Source: Candidatus Spechtbacterales bacterium | GTDB taxonomy: Bacteria; Patescibacteriota; Minisyncoccia; Spechtbacterales; 2-12-FULL-38-22 | DNA length: 64,000 nucleotides | Assembly: GCA_040879145.1 (NCBI GenBank) | Contig: JBBDKX010000035.1 | Span: 1,122-65,121 of the forward strand | Direction of reading: 5' to 3' | In this document: positions 35,743 to 45,357 of the stretch, piece by piece | Layout: each line of letters begins with the position of its first letter | How positions within the stretch are numbered: the first letter of the stretch is position 1 | Translations under genes and position numbers: made by a program | The notes under the pieces: generated by a model | What the model was told of the DNA's origin: nothing | The model's input: only the letters and a program-made list of their open reading frames with translations | The model's database searches: none

Positions 35743-37562
35743 TATTCCACCTCTATTTTCACCTTTTTTGGATTATCGGGCACACTTTTTACCCAAAATG
35801 GCCAAAACATGACCTGTGCCCTGCGCAGTGATTCATTTGCTGAAAGGATTCTCCTGACCTCTGCCTCATCTTTCCCTATAACATCCTTTAAAATAGCGGA
35901 GGTATCTACTACCATATCAAATCGTTGGTTCGCTTTAAGGTTAAACTCGGCATATCCGGCTTCATAATTTGCCTCTTTTACTGTATATTCCACATCCCTC
36001 TCTTCGGCAAGCTCAAATTCCTTGCTGTACTGTGTAGAATTTATAAAATAATGCGCAATTGAATTGCTTATATCTTCCTCTTTTATAAGAAATGCCTGGG
36101 CCACTCCAACGAATCTCACTGTAAAATCATCCTTTGGCTCACCAACTACAGCATCAATATCTAAAGACTCTACATGCGCGCCAAGAGACTCTTCAAGCAT
36201 TTTAAGATCGTCCGGAACTTTACTCCTGAGGCTTTGTTCAAGAGCTGGTAAAAATTCGTCCTGTATTCTTGCCCTAGCTCCCTCTATGTCCTCTTCTGTC
36301 GGAACAGTAGCCACCCCTTGAAATCCGCCCGTCATTGAATTTTCGCTCTTTCCGTAAAAAGCCAGATATTTTGGATCGCCCTGAAATCCGGGAATAGAGA
36401 AGGTGGTAGGTCCTATATTAAAACTATCTCCTGCCTCATCAGCACGTACATCAACAGAAACAGAACTGGCTATTATCCTTCCTCCTTCTATTTGCGCGCC
36501 CGGAACAACTACGGTTTCGGTTGTTCTAAAAAGTTTATTTTCAGAAGACATAAGTCTTGTGTTTGCAACCAAAGTTTGTGGACTTGAGCTGTACTCATTA
36601 TAAATTGTTACCCCACCGACGGAAAATTCTTCCAATTGCGCCTCACCTGTCGCCTTGTATACAAATGTCTCTTCTTTTCTCTCCTCTAAAATTTGAGCCG
36701 GTATAGTACTTCGATTATAGTCAGCGGAGGAAATATTACTGTCAGCCACCACTGCAAACTCCATTTGGTCTTGCACAACATGCGGACTTAAAACTATTGT
36801 TGCTTTAGGAAGAACACTTGTCGCCAAATACCCCACACCAACCACGACTGCGACAATTCCGACAAAACCCAGTAAATACAAGGGTTTCTTCAAAAAAGCG
36901 GGAAGGGATAGATTTTTCATCTTTCCTGTTGCAAATCTTCCCGCCCTTGCGCCAACAGATGCGCCTGGAAGAGAAAATCCTTTGCTTGATTTTGAAAAAA
37001 CATCCCTTCGTTCCTCTTCCGGGTCGTATCTTTTAACAGGCATATCAGGTTCTGCATCTTCCGTGTCCGTATTTAATGTGTCTTCTTTTTTAGTTTTGGG
37101 CTCCTCAAAAGACCGAGGGGCAAATATACCACCGGTCTTCTCATCTGCCTCAACACTGTCAGACGCAACAATGCCTCCGCTTCTTGTTTTTCTAAGATCT
37201 GTTGTATGTTCAAGATACTCTTGTCTGCTTGTGGGCGGCAATATATCCGTGACAGAGCGGGCATAATGCCCCGAGTGCGTTGTTGTAGAAATATTAGCTT
37301 TATCTTCCACCTCATCTCTAACTTTTAATCCGGCCTTAGCGGCAAGGTTTTGTATTCTTGAATCTTCGGAAATAACAACAACTTCCTTATCAACGTCTTC
37401 GGATGCCCTTTTAATCAGTCTTAAATTCAAAACATTTTGGGCTATAAACGCCTCGCTCGGAATAAGCAAAAACACCAGTCTAGATTCAGACGTTACTACT
37501 TTATCTATAACTGAAGTAAGTTCTTCAGAAGGTCCTACTTTTATCACACTGCCTTTTGTCAT
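35739..37562 (-). CDS. hypothetical bitopic membrane protein (607 aa; ~230-aa cytoplasmic N-domain, TM, large C-terminal domain)
   Basis: TM KPLYLLGFVGIVAVVVGVGYLATSVL; no family recognised. Confidence 0.5.
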   Translation of the reverse strand: MTKGSVIKVGPSEELTSVIDKVVTSESRLVFLLIPSEAFIAQNVLNLRLIKRASEDVDKEVVVISEDSRIQNLAAKAGLKVRDEVEDKANISTTTHSGHYARSVTDILPPTSRQEYLEHTTDLRKTRSGGIVASDSVEADEKTGGIFAPRSFEEPKTKKEDTLNTDTEDAEPDMPVKRYDPEEERRDVFSKSSKGFSLPGASVGARAGRFATGKMKNLSLPAFLKKPLYLLGFVGIVAVVVGVGYLATSVLPKATIVLSPHVVQDQMEFAVVADSNISSADYNRSTIPAQILEERKEETFVYKATGEAQLEEFSVGGVTIYNEYSSSPQTLVANTRLMSSENKLFRTTETVVVPGAQIEGGRIIASSVSVDVRADEAGDSFNIGPTTFSIPGFQGDPKYLAFYGKSENSMTGGFQGVATVPTEEDIEGARARIQDEFLPALEQSLRSKVPDDLKMLEESLGAHVESLDIDAVVGEPKDDFTVRFVGVAQAFLIKEEDISNSIAHYFINSTQYSKEFELAEERDVEYTVKEANYEAGYAEFNLKANQRFDMVVDTSAILKDVIGKDEAEVRRILSANESLRRAQVMFWPFWVKSVPDNPKKVKIEVEY

Positions 37563-37613
37563 GGATGGTTAGTGAATGCGAGCCATGGCGAAGTGTGAAC
37601 TTACAGCCATGAG

Positions 37614-37652
37614 CACCCCGCACATAAAATTGATAATCAATTTTATGTGCGG
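37614..37652 (-). terminator. perfect palindrome hairpin nested in a larger inverted repeat
   Basis: ccccgcacataaaattgataatcaattttatgtgcgggg. Confidence 0.6.
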
Positions 37653-37693
37653 GGTGAGTAATTCTAAGCTCGCTACATTCACTAAGAATTACT

Positions 37694-38986
37694 TTATTGG
37701 TCTTGTATTAGTTTCACCATACGGCTTAATGTTTTGGTTAATAAAGTATCTTTTTCTATTGAGATATGTAAAAGATGGTCCGCAATACCCGCCACAGAAA
37801 CAAGCTGAGAGTGAGAATTTACAGATTCATCTATTTTAATATTCTCAAACATTGCCGGATCCAAAATATGTATTTTAGGCGGTTTCAAAAAAGAAAGTTC
37901 ACGCTTCCACTTTCTTTTACGTATTATATCATCAATCAAAGGAATATGCCCACCGCCCCCATGAACAAATATCTCACCGGGAAGCAAGGTTGTCCGTGAA
38001 AACTCTTTCAATATCATTTCCAGTGCGCTCAAAAACAGTGAAATCTCTCCCTGCAAAATGTCCTCAACAACACCCAAAGCATTTCCGCTCAGGTTTCCGT
38101 TGCTATATCTGAGTTTTATATTTTCAGCCTCCCAAAACCCAATTTCAAAATGAGACGCAATACGGCGCGTAAAAGATTCTCCGCCAAAAGAAAAGGTTCT
38201 TATGTCCTCAAACTTGCCCTTTCTTGCCAAACTAACGCGCGTCGTCTTGCCGCCTATGTCTATAATAATACCTTCAAACTCTTCGCCATGTTTTCTACGC
38301 AAGGCGCTGAACACAGCATAGGGCTCATAAATAAGCGAGGTAAGATTGAATTTTAATTGCCGGGCAACCTCATCAAAAATATTTTTATAAAATATCGGTA
38401 AATACGCGTTAAACACACTAATATAAAGCTCTTCACCATCAAAACCTATGGGGTTTGTAACTTTATAGCCGTCTATTCTCACATCCTGAATTGAAGAATT
38501 TATAAGCAAAACGTCGGTTTCCGAGTACCCGCTATCTACTACAAACCTACGTCTTATATCTTCGTACGCCTTCAACTCCGCGTTGTGTATGGCGTTTTTC
38601 AACTCTCTCAAATCAATCTTTGCCTCAGGATTTTCCCGTTTATAAATATATGAAAAATTATGGCCGTAGACCATTTCCGAAGCCAGCCCTATTACTATAT
38701 CTTTCGTCCTGCCTGATCTCGCCTTGCGTCCACTAAAGATGCTGTCAAAAGCTCTTTTTACGGTAGAGGTTATCTGTTTAATATGTTCAACCTCATCTGT
38801 AGCGCCTGTGTTGTGAGTGTGTAACTCCTCGGCTACACGTAAAATAGTCGCCTCTTTAGACTGCTTGTTTATCTCAACAAGCGCAAGCTTTACACTGCTT
38901 CTTCCAAGATCAAGAACATATAAATTCTCATACTTTTTTGAGAACAAGTATTTAAAAAATTTCGGCTTTCGCAAAAGCTTTTTCAT
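37694..38986 (-). CDS. actin-fold ATPase of the FtsA/PilM family
   Basis: VLDLGRSSVKLALVE N-terminus, IIDIGGKTTRVSLARKG; 430 aa. Confidence 0.6.
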   Translation of the reverse strand: MKKLLRKPKFFKYLFSKKYENLYVLDLGRSSVKLALVEINKQSKEATILRVAEELHTHNTGATDEVEHIKQITSTVKRAFDSIFSGRKARSGRTKDIVIGLASEMVYGHNFSYIYKRENPEAKIDLRELKNAIHNAELKAYEDIRRRFVVDSGYSETDVLLINSSIQDVRIDGYKVTNPIGFDGEELYISVFNAYLPIFYKNIFDEVARQLKFNLTSLIYEPYAVFSALRRKHGEEFEGIIIDIGGKTTRVSLARKGKFEDIRTFSFGGESFTRRIASHFEIGFWEAENIKLRYSNGNLSGNALGVVEDILQGEISLFLSALEMILKEFSRTTLLPGEIFVHGGGGHIPLIDDIIRKRKWKRELSFLKPPKIHILDPAMFENIKIDESVNSHSQLVSVAGIADHLLHISIEKDTLLTKTLSRMVKLIQDQ

Positions 38987-39052
38987 TACTATAAGTATAG
39001 CATGAATAATATTTGCGCTTCACGTGGATAACTACCTTAAATAATTTTAAAA

Positions 39053-39122
39053 TGTACATCTTTTCTGCTATAGCAGAAAAGATGTACATAAACAAAAACT
39101 CAGGAAATTATTCCTGAGTTTA
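39053..39122. terminator. two consecutive hairpins
   Basis: tgtacatcttttctgctatagcagaaaagatgtaca and aaactcaggaaattattcctgagttt. Confidence 0.55.
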
Positions 39123-39160
39123 CGCCAAATAGAGAAATTCTCACTCCTTTACCTTCATCT

Positions 39161-39424
39161 TTAATCATTCAAAAGAGTTGCCCTATACAAAAGTTCGTCC
39201 AATACTCCAATTACAACATTGTGGTCTGACCAACCCTCTGAAGTTGGATATGCCGCATGTATTCCCATATAAATTATACCCAGAGCTTCTTCTTCTGAAA
39301 CAGCTTCCACAAGGCACACATTATGGAGTATTTTCTTTGTAAGTGCTATTTTGTCTTCAGCAGAATCTACATCCGTGTGTTCTTGAATAACCACGAAAGA
39401 TCCGATATAACGAGTTTTAGACAT
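39161..39424 (-). CDS. hypothetical small protein
   Basis: ORF track 39161..39505; internal Met MSKTRY more plausible start. Confidence 0.35.
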   Translation of the reverse strand: MSKTRYIGSFVVIQEHTDVDSAEDKIALTKKILHNVCLVEAVSEEEALGIIYMGIHAAYPTSEGWSDHNVVIGVLDELLYRATLLND

Positions 39425-39641
39425 CTTTTCTCCTTCCAGTGAACTAAAACAAAAATACCACAAATTAATGTGGTGGTCAATAAATTTAAACCAACGCGGA
39501 GCCAATTTTTCTTTTAAGTAGCTCTCGGAAGCGGAAAAGCTTGGTTCCCGTCAGGGATTTTGCGCTGAGAGGCAGCGGCGGATTTTCGCTGGAAAAATCC
39601 GACCGCGGTACTTAAAAGAAAAGATTGGCGGAGCGTACACT

Positions 39642-41510
39642 CTACTCTAAAACCGCCTTAATTCGTCTTTTCCCGGCAGAGATACTCTCTTCTTTTTTTA
39701 TCTTAAAATGTCCGAGTTCAGATGTGTTCTTTACATGCGGGCCACCACAGTATTCAAACGAGTACATCTCGCTTCGCTCTGCTGTGGCAGGGTCGGCTCC
39801 TATGCCATAAACTCGCACAGTATCGCCATATGTATCTTCAAAAAGCCCTATCGCCCCCATTTCTTTTGCTTTTTCTTTCGAAATATCACTGTAATAAACA
39901 GGAAGCGCCTCTTTTACTTTTTGGTTCACAATGTCTTCGGTTTCCTTTATCTCGTCAGGAGTCATTTTCTCCCCGTGCGAAAAATCAAACCGTAACCGCT
40001 CAGGAGTTATATTGCTTCCTGTTTGGAACACATGGCTTCCCAGCACATCACGCAGCGCCTGGTGCAAAAGATGAGTTGCGGTGTGATATTTTACAGACAT
40101 CTCAGAGTGGTCAGCAAGACCCCCTTTGAACTTTTGCTCAGCTCCCGCGCGTGAAAGCGCTTTGTGTTTTTCCATCTCTTTTTCAAAACCTTCTCTGTCA
40201 ACATTCACACTCTTTTCTTCCGCCAATTCAAGTGTAAGGTCAAATGGAAAGCCATAAGTAGAAAACAAAATAAACGCCTCTTCTCCTGATATCTCTTTTT
40301 TCTCTGCAAGTTTCTCAAACTCTTTTAGTCCTTTAGTTAATGTCCTCCTGAATTTTTCTTCCTCTTTTTTTATGGCATCCTCTATTTCTTTTTGTTTTTC
40401 AGCAAGCTTAGGATAGGCCTCTTTATAATTTTCTACAACAGCAGGTACAAGCTTGTGCAAAGTGTTTTCTGTAATTCCCAAAAGGTCCATATGGCGTACA
40501 CTTCTTCGCAAAAGACGGCGTGTTATGTAACCCGAGTCTGTGTTGCTTGGGCTGGCGCCGTCGGCTATTACAAAAACGGCGGCGCGCAAATGGTCGGCAA
40601 CCACCCTGAAAGAATGCTGAAACTCCGCATTTGAATATGTCTTCCCCGATGCTTCCTCAAGGTTTTTTATTATCTTTTTAAAAACATCTATTTCAAACAC
40701 ATCGCCGTTATTATTAGAGGCCGCAGTTATCCTCTCAAGCCCTCCGCCAAAATCAACATTTTTTTGGGGAAGATTTTCAAAAGTACCACCTTCTGTTTTT
40801 ATGTACTCCATAAAAACAGAGTTTCCTATTTCCAAAAACCTGCCACAGTCACAGTTGGGGTGGCAAACCTCGCCAAAAGCCGAATCGTGCTCCGTTCTAA
40901 AATCATAAAAAATTTCCGAATCAGGACCTCCGGGTTCTCCCGCGGGCATATTTTGGGGCATTCCCGCGCGGCTCCACCAATTCTTTTTCGCGTCGTAATA
41001 AAATATTCTGCCACCCTGCATGCCAAGCTCTCCCGCGTTTTCAACATCTTTTGCTTCTATCCCTTTTTCTTCAAATATTTTTTTCCAGATTTCAACAGAT
41101 TCTGTATCACGAGGTATATTATTTGCCTCGTCTCCCGCAAAAACGGTTACGTAAATATTATTTGAATCAAGCCCTACAACATCTGTCAAAAATTCAAAAA
41201 ACCATGGAATCTGTTCCTTTTTAAAGTAAACGCCCAAAGACCAATTCCCGAGCATTTCAAAAAAAGTCGTATGGCGGTTATCACCTACCTCCTCTATGTC
41301 CTCTGCGCGAAAACTTTTTTGAGAGTCCACAAGCTTGTTACCATCAGGATGTTTTTCTCCAAGCAGATAGGGTAAAAGGGGCTGCATGCCCGAACCTGTG
41401 AAAAGGGTTGTCGGATCGTTCTCAGGTAAAAGCGAAGCTGAGGGTATGACAGAATGCCCTCTTTCTTCAAAGAATTTTAAATATTTTTGGCGTATCTCAT
41501 TGGAAGTCAT
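39642..41510 (-). CDS. alaS: alanyl-tRNA synthetase (catalytic + editing domains, lacks C-Ala domain)
   Basis: class II AlaRS N-terminus, editing HxxxH...CGGxH, 622 aa. Confidence 0.9.
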   Translation of the reverse strand: MTSNEIRQKYLKFFEERGHSVIPSASLLPENDPTTLFTGSGMQPLLPYLLGEKHPDGNKLVDSQKSFRAEDIEEVGDNRHTTFFEMLGNWSLGVYFKKEQIPWFFEFLTDVVGLDSNNIYVTVFAGDEANNIPRDTESVEIWKKIFEEKGIEAKDVENAGELGMQGGRIFYYDAKKNWWSRAGMPQNMPAGEPGGPDSEIFYDFRTEHDSAFGEVCHPNCDCGRFLEIGNSVFMEYIKTEGGTFENLPQKNVDFGGGLERITAASNNNGDVFEIDVFKKIIKNLEEASGKTYSNAEFQHSFRVVADHLRAAVFVIADGASPSNTDSGYITRRLLRRSVRHMDLLGITENTLHKLVPAVVENYKEAYPKLAEKQKEIEDAIKKEEEKFRRTLTKGLKEFEKLAEKKEISGEEAFILFSTYGFPFDLTLELAEEKSVNVDREGFEKEMEKHKALSRAGAEQKFKGGLADHSEMSVKYHTATHLLHQALRDVLGSHVFQTGSNITPERLRFDFSHGEKMTPDEIKETEDIVNQKVKEALPVYYSDISKEKAKEMGAIGLFEDTYGDTVRVYGIGADPATAERSEMYSFEYCGGPHVKNTSELGHFKIKKEESISAGKRRIKAVLE

Positions 41511-41548
41511 AACTTCCCTATTATAGCAAAATTATTGTTTATCGCAAC

Positions 41549-41851
41549 TTACAGTCCCCTTCTCTCGTGGTGGTCGCCGTAGCGAAGTTCACGCTCCAAA
41601 TCCTGAAGCTCCCTGCTTCTTCTTTTTTTAGATACCTCCTTAACGCGTATATCGTTCTCTAATCTTCTTATCTCAACCTGTCTCTTTCGCAAATCGCGAC
41701 TGGCTTCATTTATGGTCTGTTCAAGCTTTTCCTCTTCTTTTTTCGCTTCCAATAGCTTTTTATTTAATTCTTCAAGCTCACCCTCCTCTTTTTCAAGCAT
41801 CATTCTAAAATGCTTAATATCGCGGGGGGATATGTCTCCTTGCATTATCAT
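41549..41851 (-). CDS. hypothetical coiled-coil protein (100 aa)
   Basis: E/K/R-rich heptads; terminator-like hairpin 41888-41916 upstream. Confidence 0.4.
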   Translation of the reverse strand: MIMQGDISPRDIKHFRMMLEKEEGELEELNKKLLEAKKEEEKLEQTINEASRDLRKRQVEIRRLENDIRVKEVSKKRRSRELQDLERELRYGDHHERRGL

Positions 41852-41935
41852 ATGCTCTTATTATACATCATTATGGGACAAAATAAAAAAACAGCCCCTT
41901 AAATATTGGGCTGTTATAAAAAATTGGGGTGGTAA

Positions 41936-42211
41936 TTAGTCTTGTTCTTCAACAAGCTCTATTCTTACCTTTGTATGGGGTGATTCTTTGTCGTAAATAA
42001 ATTCCTTTTTTAAAACCCTGTATTTCTTGCCTTCTTTCAACTGTCCGGGTCCGTTTTTTGTGCCATCAGCTACCACATCAATGAAAAATACTTTTTCTTC
42101 CACAGAGCCATCTCCTTTTTTGTCCGGCATATATGATATTCTTTGAGAAAACTCCGCTAAACGCAATGTATTCTTGCGCAATCGCTTGCGTTCTTCATCT
42201 GTTAGAGCCAT
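41936..42211 (-). CDS. hypothetical protein (91 aa)
   Basis: ORF track only. Confidence 0.4.
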   Translation of the reverse strand: MALTDEERKRLRKNTLRLAEFSQRISYMPDKKGDGSVEEKVFFIDVVADGTKNGPGQLKEGKKYRVLKKEFIYDKESPHTKVRIELVEEQD

Positions 42212-42289
42212 ACGAAACCTCCTCTTAAGTACTGAGTATACTCTACCAAAATTTTAAAAAATGTCAAAAATTTAAACCCGATTTTTATT

Positions 42290-42907
42290 CTATTGTACAA
42301 CCTTCGTCAAAACCTTGCCTATTCTCTCCGCCATTATTTTATTTCCGGCGTCATTTGGGTGTATAGAGTCGTGCATAAGGTCGCGATTCTTTAAAATATT
42401 CTTTAAAATATTCGGAACAAAAGCGCTTCTGGTTTCTTTGGCAAGTTCTTCGTATTCGTCGTCATAAGGATCAAGTAATTTTCCCGGAATACCCACAAGC
42501 ACAACTACCGCCCCTTCGGCCTGTATGCGGGTTATTATTTGCTCCAGATTATTAAGAGTTTCTTCTTTTGGTATGCGGCGCAAAACATCATTACCGCCAA
42601 GTAAAATTATTACAATTCGCGGGTTTTTATCCAAAACATCACTATCTAAACGCGCCAAAGCGCTTTCTGTTGTATCTCCGTTCACTCCCGCGTTTGTTAT
42701 CTCCTCGCTTATATCACGGCTTAAAACATCTACCCAATTATTCCCCTCGGTTGCTCCGGCGCCATAAACTAAGCTATCCCCAAACGCCACAATGTTTTTA
42801 CCTGCAACAGGTTGCTTTACATCCCGATTCTCACGCGTAAAAAAATACACAACCCCCACGATCAGCAAAACAACCGCAATATAAATTATTATTTTATTTA
42901 AATTCAT
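42290..42907 (-). CDS. SGNH/GDSL-family hydrolase (lipase/esterase) with N-terminal TM/signal
   Basis: block I FGDSL, block III GGND, block V DSIHPN. Confidence 0.8.
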   Translation of the reverse strand: MNLNKIIIYIAVVLLIVGVVYFFTRENRDVKQPVAGKNIVAFGDSLVYGAGATEGNNWVDVLSRDISEEITNAGVNGDTTESALARLDSDVLDKNPRIVIILLGGNDVLRRIPKEETLNNLEQIITRIQAEGAVVVLVGIPGKLLDPYDDEYEELAKETRSAFVPNILKNILKNRDLMHDSIHPNDAGNKIMAERIGKVLTKVVQ

Positions 42908-43002
42908 ACTTATAGTTTACCAAAACAAAAGCCGGCTCCAAAGAGCACAAAAATACACAGGTTCAACCTGTGTATTTTACACAAACTAAAAACCGGCTCT
43001 TT

Positions 43003-43043
43003 AGAGCCGGCCACGACCGTAGTGTAATGTCAGATTGAAAATA
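43003..43043. repeat. cacgaccgtRgtgtaatgtcagattgaa direct repeat copy 1
   Basis: cf. 43860..43918; flank gene 43078..43791. Confidence 0.65.
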
Positions 43044-43072
43044 AAAAACAGACCTTCCGAAGGTCTGTTTTA
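43040..43072. terminator. bidirectional terminator
   Basis: aaaaaacagaccttccgaaggtctgtttta. Confidence 0.7.
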
Positions 43073-43077
43073 AAGAA

Positions 43078-43791
43078 CTAATTCGTTTCCGGTTCAATTT
43101 GCAGCTTCACACATGCTTTATCATACACGGCAGCAACTAAGCGACCGATAAGAGTTTTCCTTAACCTCGGCCATGCTTTTACTATCAAAGTGATAATAAA
43201 GGCCAACAAAGGCAAGCCGACAAAAGCTACAGCGCCCAAAGTAAGCAGCAGAGAACGCCAAGACTCAGCTGTCTGAGGAAGGAACGGTCCTTCGGCTTCA
43301 ACAAATAATCCTTCTGTAACGCCTTTGTATATAAGATAGGGAATAGCCACCACTAAAATAAGTATTGCGGGTAGCCACCAAGATAAAAACGCCACCAATT
43401 TCCAGTAAGTAGGGCAAATCCGAACTTCTTCGGGCACATCTTTAATAAATACTGTCCAGCCGCTATCGGTTACAATTTCTTTGTCCGGAGTGTAATTCTG
43501 GATAATCTTATACAGCCATGAACCCCTTGGCACCTGCCCTTTTTCGTTCAAAACGAAAAAAGTAGCAAATAGTAAAGCAACAGCCGGTATAAGCAGTAAC
43601 ACAACGACGACAACTGCAGCGAATAGCTTAGATCTAATATCTTCTATAAACAGAGGATCGCCGGGAAAATAACTATCATCAGCACCAACATACCTTGTCG
43701 GATGCCAATTCTGCCACAACCAAATAATTCCCACGTTTAAGAGCGCTATAAAGCCAACAAGCGATAATCTTGATTTGATCATTCCATTCAT
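43078..43791 (-). CDS. hypothetical polytopic membrane protein
   Basis: several hydrophobic helices; ORF track. Confidence 0.5.
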   Translation of the reverse strand: MNGMIKSRLSLVGFIALLNVGIIWLWQNWHPTRYVGADDSYFPGDPLFIEDIRSKLFAAVVVVVLLLIPAVALLFATFFVLNEKGQVPRGSWLYKIIQNYTPDKEIVTDSGWTVFIKDVPEEVRICPTYWKLVAFLSWWLPAILILVVAIPYLIYKGVTEGLFVEAEGPFLPQTAESWRSLLLTLGAVAFVGLPLLAFIITLIVKAWPRLRKTLIGRLVAAVYDKACVKLQIEPETN

Positions 43792-43859
43792 TCCATTTCC
43801 TTTCTGTCAAAGTAACTGCCGAAATTCTAACACAAAACATATAGTACGTCAATTTTTTC

Positions 43860-43918
43860 TAACCACAATCTGACATTACACCACGACCGTGGTGTAATGT
43901 CAGATTGAACAAAATAAA
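43860..43918. repeat. direct repeat copy 2, here as a perfect palindrome caatctgacattacacc-acgaccgt-ggtgtaatgtcagattg
   Basis: sequence comparison with 43003..43043. Confidence 0.65.
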
Positions 43919-44048
43919 TGCATCATAATATGATGCATTTATTTGGAATTGACTCATAAATGACTCACAAATAATCAACTCATGCTATGAGTCGATTATT
44001 TATAGTATGGTGCGGAACTTTCAAAAATTTGGATGCAATACAAGGCGT

Positions 44049-44104
44049 GGCCGAGCACCGGAATAAGACGTAGATAATAACTACGTCGTTGAGGAGCGCA
44101 GGCC
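44049..44104. repeat. ggaataagacgtagat...ctacgtcgtt repeat copy 2
   Basis: cf. 25159..25212. Confidence 0.55.
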
Positions 44105-44137
44105 ACAACACAGTAGTGCGTCAAATTTTAAAGTTCC

Positions 44138-45229
44138 TTACCTTATTATTCCGCCTCCCAATACCTCTTCGCCCTTGTATATAACCGCCATCTGTCCGGG
44201 AGTAACCGCCCTTTGGGGTTCTTTAAACTTAAGCACAACCTTACCGTTATTTTCCATCAATTCCGCCTCCTCAGGCTCCTGGCGGTAGCGAATGCTCGCA
44301 GTTACCTTTAATGGCATTTGAGGTGTAGCATTAATCCAAGCCATATCTTCAAGCACTAAAGAATTCTCAAACAATTTATCCTCATACCGTGTTCCTACAA
44401 TAAGCTTGTTTTCTTTTATATCTTTATCTACTACATAGTAAGGCACGCCTCCCCCTCCCGTACCAACACCCTTTCTTTGACCGATTGTATAGTACTGCAC
44501 TCCTTTGTGCTCTCCTATTTCCTCTCCACCAACAGTAACTACAACCCCGGGCTTTTGGGGAATATATTCTTCAAGAAACTGACTCACATCCACTTTTCCT
44601 ATAAAGCAAAGCCCTTGAGAATCCTTTTTTTCAGAATTTGGAAGATTATACTTTCGCGCCAATTCACGCACTTTTGGTTTTGGTAACTCACCTATCGGAA
44701 ACATCGCCCGCGCCAAACGCTCTCCAGGCACACGGTGCAAAAAATATGTCTGGTCTTTATTTTTATCAATACCCCTAAGCAATTTAATCATCCCTTTGTC
44801 GCTTGATATGCGCGCATAATGCCCCGTTGCCATATAATCCGCTCCAAAATCATTTATCGCCTTATCATAAAAAACACCGAATTTAATTTCGTTATTGCAC
44901 ATCACATCAGGATTTGGGGTTCGCCCTGCCCCATATTCACTGACAAAATAGTCTACAACCCGTGCTTTATACTCATCTACCAAGTCAACACTGTAAAAAG
45001 GAATACCTATGGTTTGCGCCGCGCGCCGCGCCCAATACTCATCTTCTTCCGCCGTGCACCCTGCTAAAGCTTGTGCTGAGCTTGCCGAAGCATCATCGGC
45101 GTTCCAGCAACGCATAAAAACACCAACGACATCATATCCCTGTTCTTTAAGCAGTGTGGCAGAAACACTTGAATCCACACCGCCTGACATTGCGACTACT
45201 ACTTTTGTGTTTTTATTCACTTTGCTCAT
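44138..45229 (-). CDS. mnmA: tRNA-specific 2-thiouridylase
   Basis: PP-loop VAMSGGVDSSV, catalytic Cys residues. Confidence 0.9.
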   Translation of the reverse strand: MSKVNKNTKVVVAMSGGVDSSVSATLLKEQGYDVVGVFMRCWNADDASASSAQALAGCTAEEDEYWARRAAQTIGIPFYSVDLVDEYKARVVDYFVSEYGAGRTPNPDVMCNNEIKFGVFYDKAINDFGADYMATGHYARISSDKGMIKLLRGIDKNKDQTYFLHRVPGERLARAMFPIGELPKPKVRELARKYNLPNSEKKDSQGLCFIGKVDVSQFLEEYIPQKPGVVVTVGGEEIGEHKGVQYYTIGQRKGVGTGGGGVPYYVVDKDIKENKLIVGTRYEDKLFENSLVLEDMAWINATPQMPLKVTASIRYRQEPEEAELMENNGKVVLKFKEPQRAVTPGQMAVIYKGEEVLGGGIIR

Positions 45230-45310
45230 AAAAATAATTTCAAATTGCGAACGAAGTGAGCTTTATTATACCACATTTTTACAAAAATAAAACCCTTAAG
45301 CTACGCATAC

Positions 45311-45354
45311 AGGCTCTACTATCACCCTCAGAGGGTGCCAGTAGAGCCTGTTTA
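45311..45354 (-). terminator. terminator hairpin (nested)
   Basis: caggctctactatcaccctcagagggtgccagtagagcctg + ttatt. Confidence 0.6.
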
Positions 45355-45357
45355 TTG

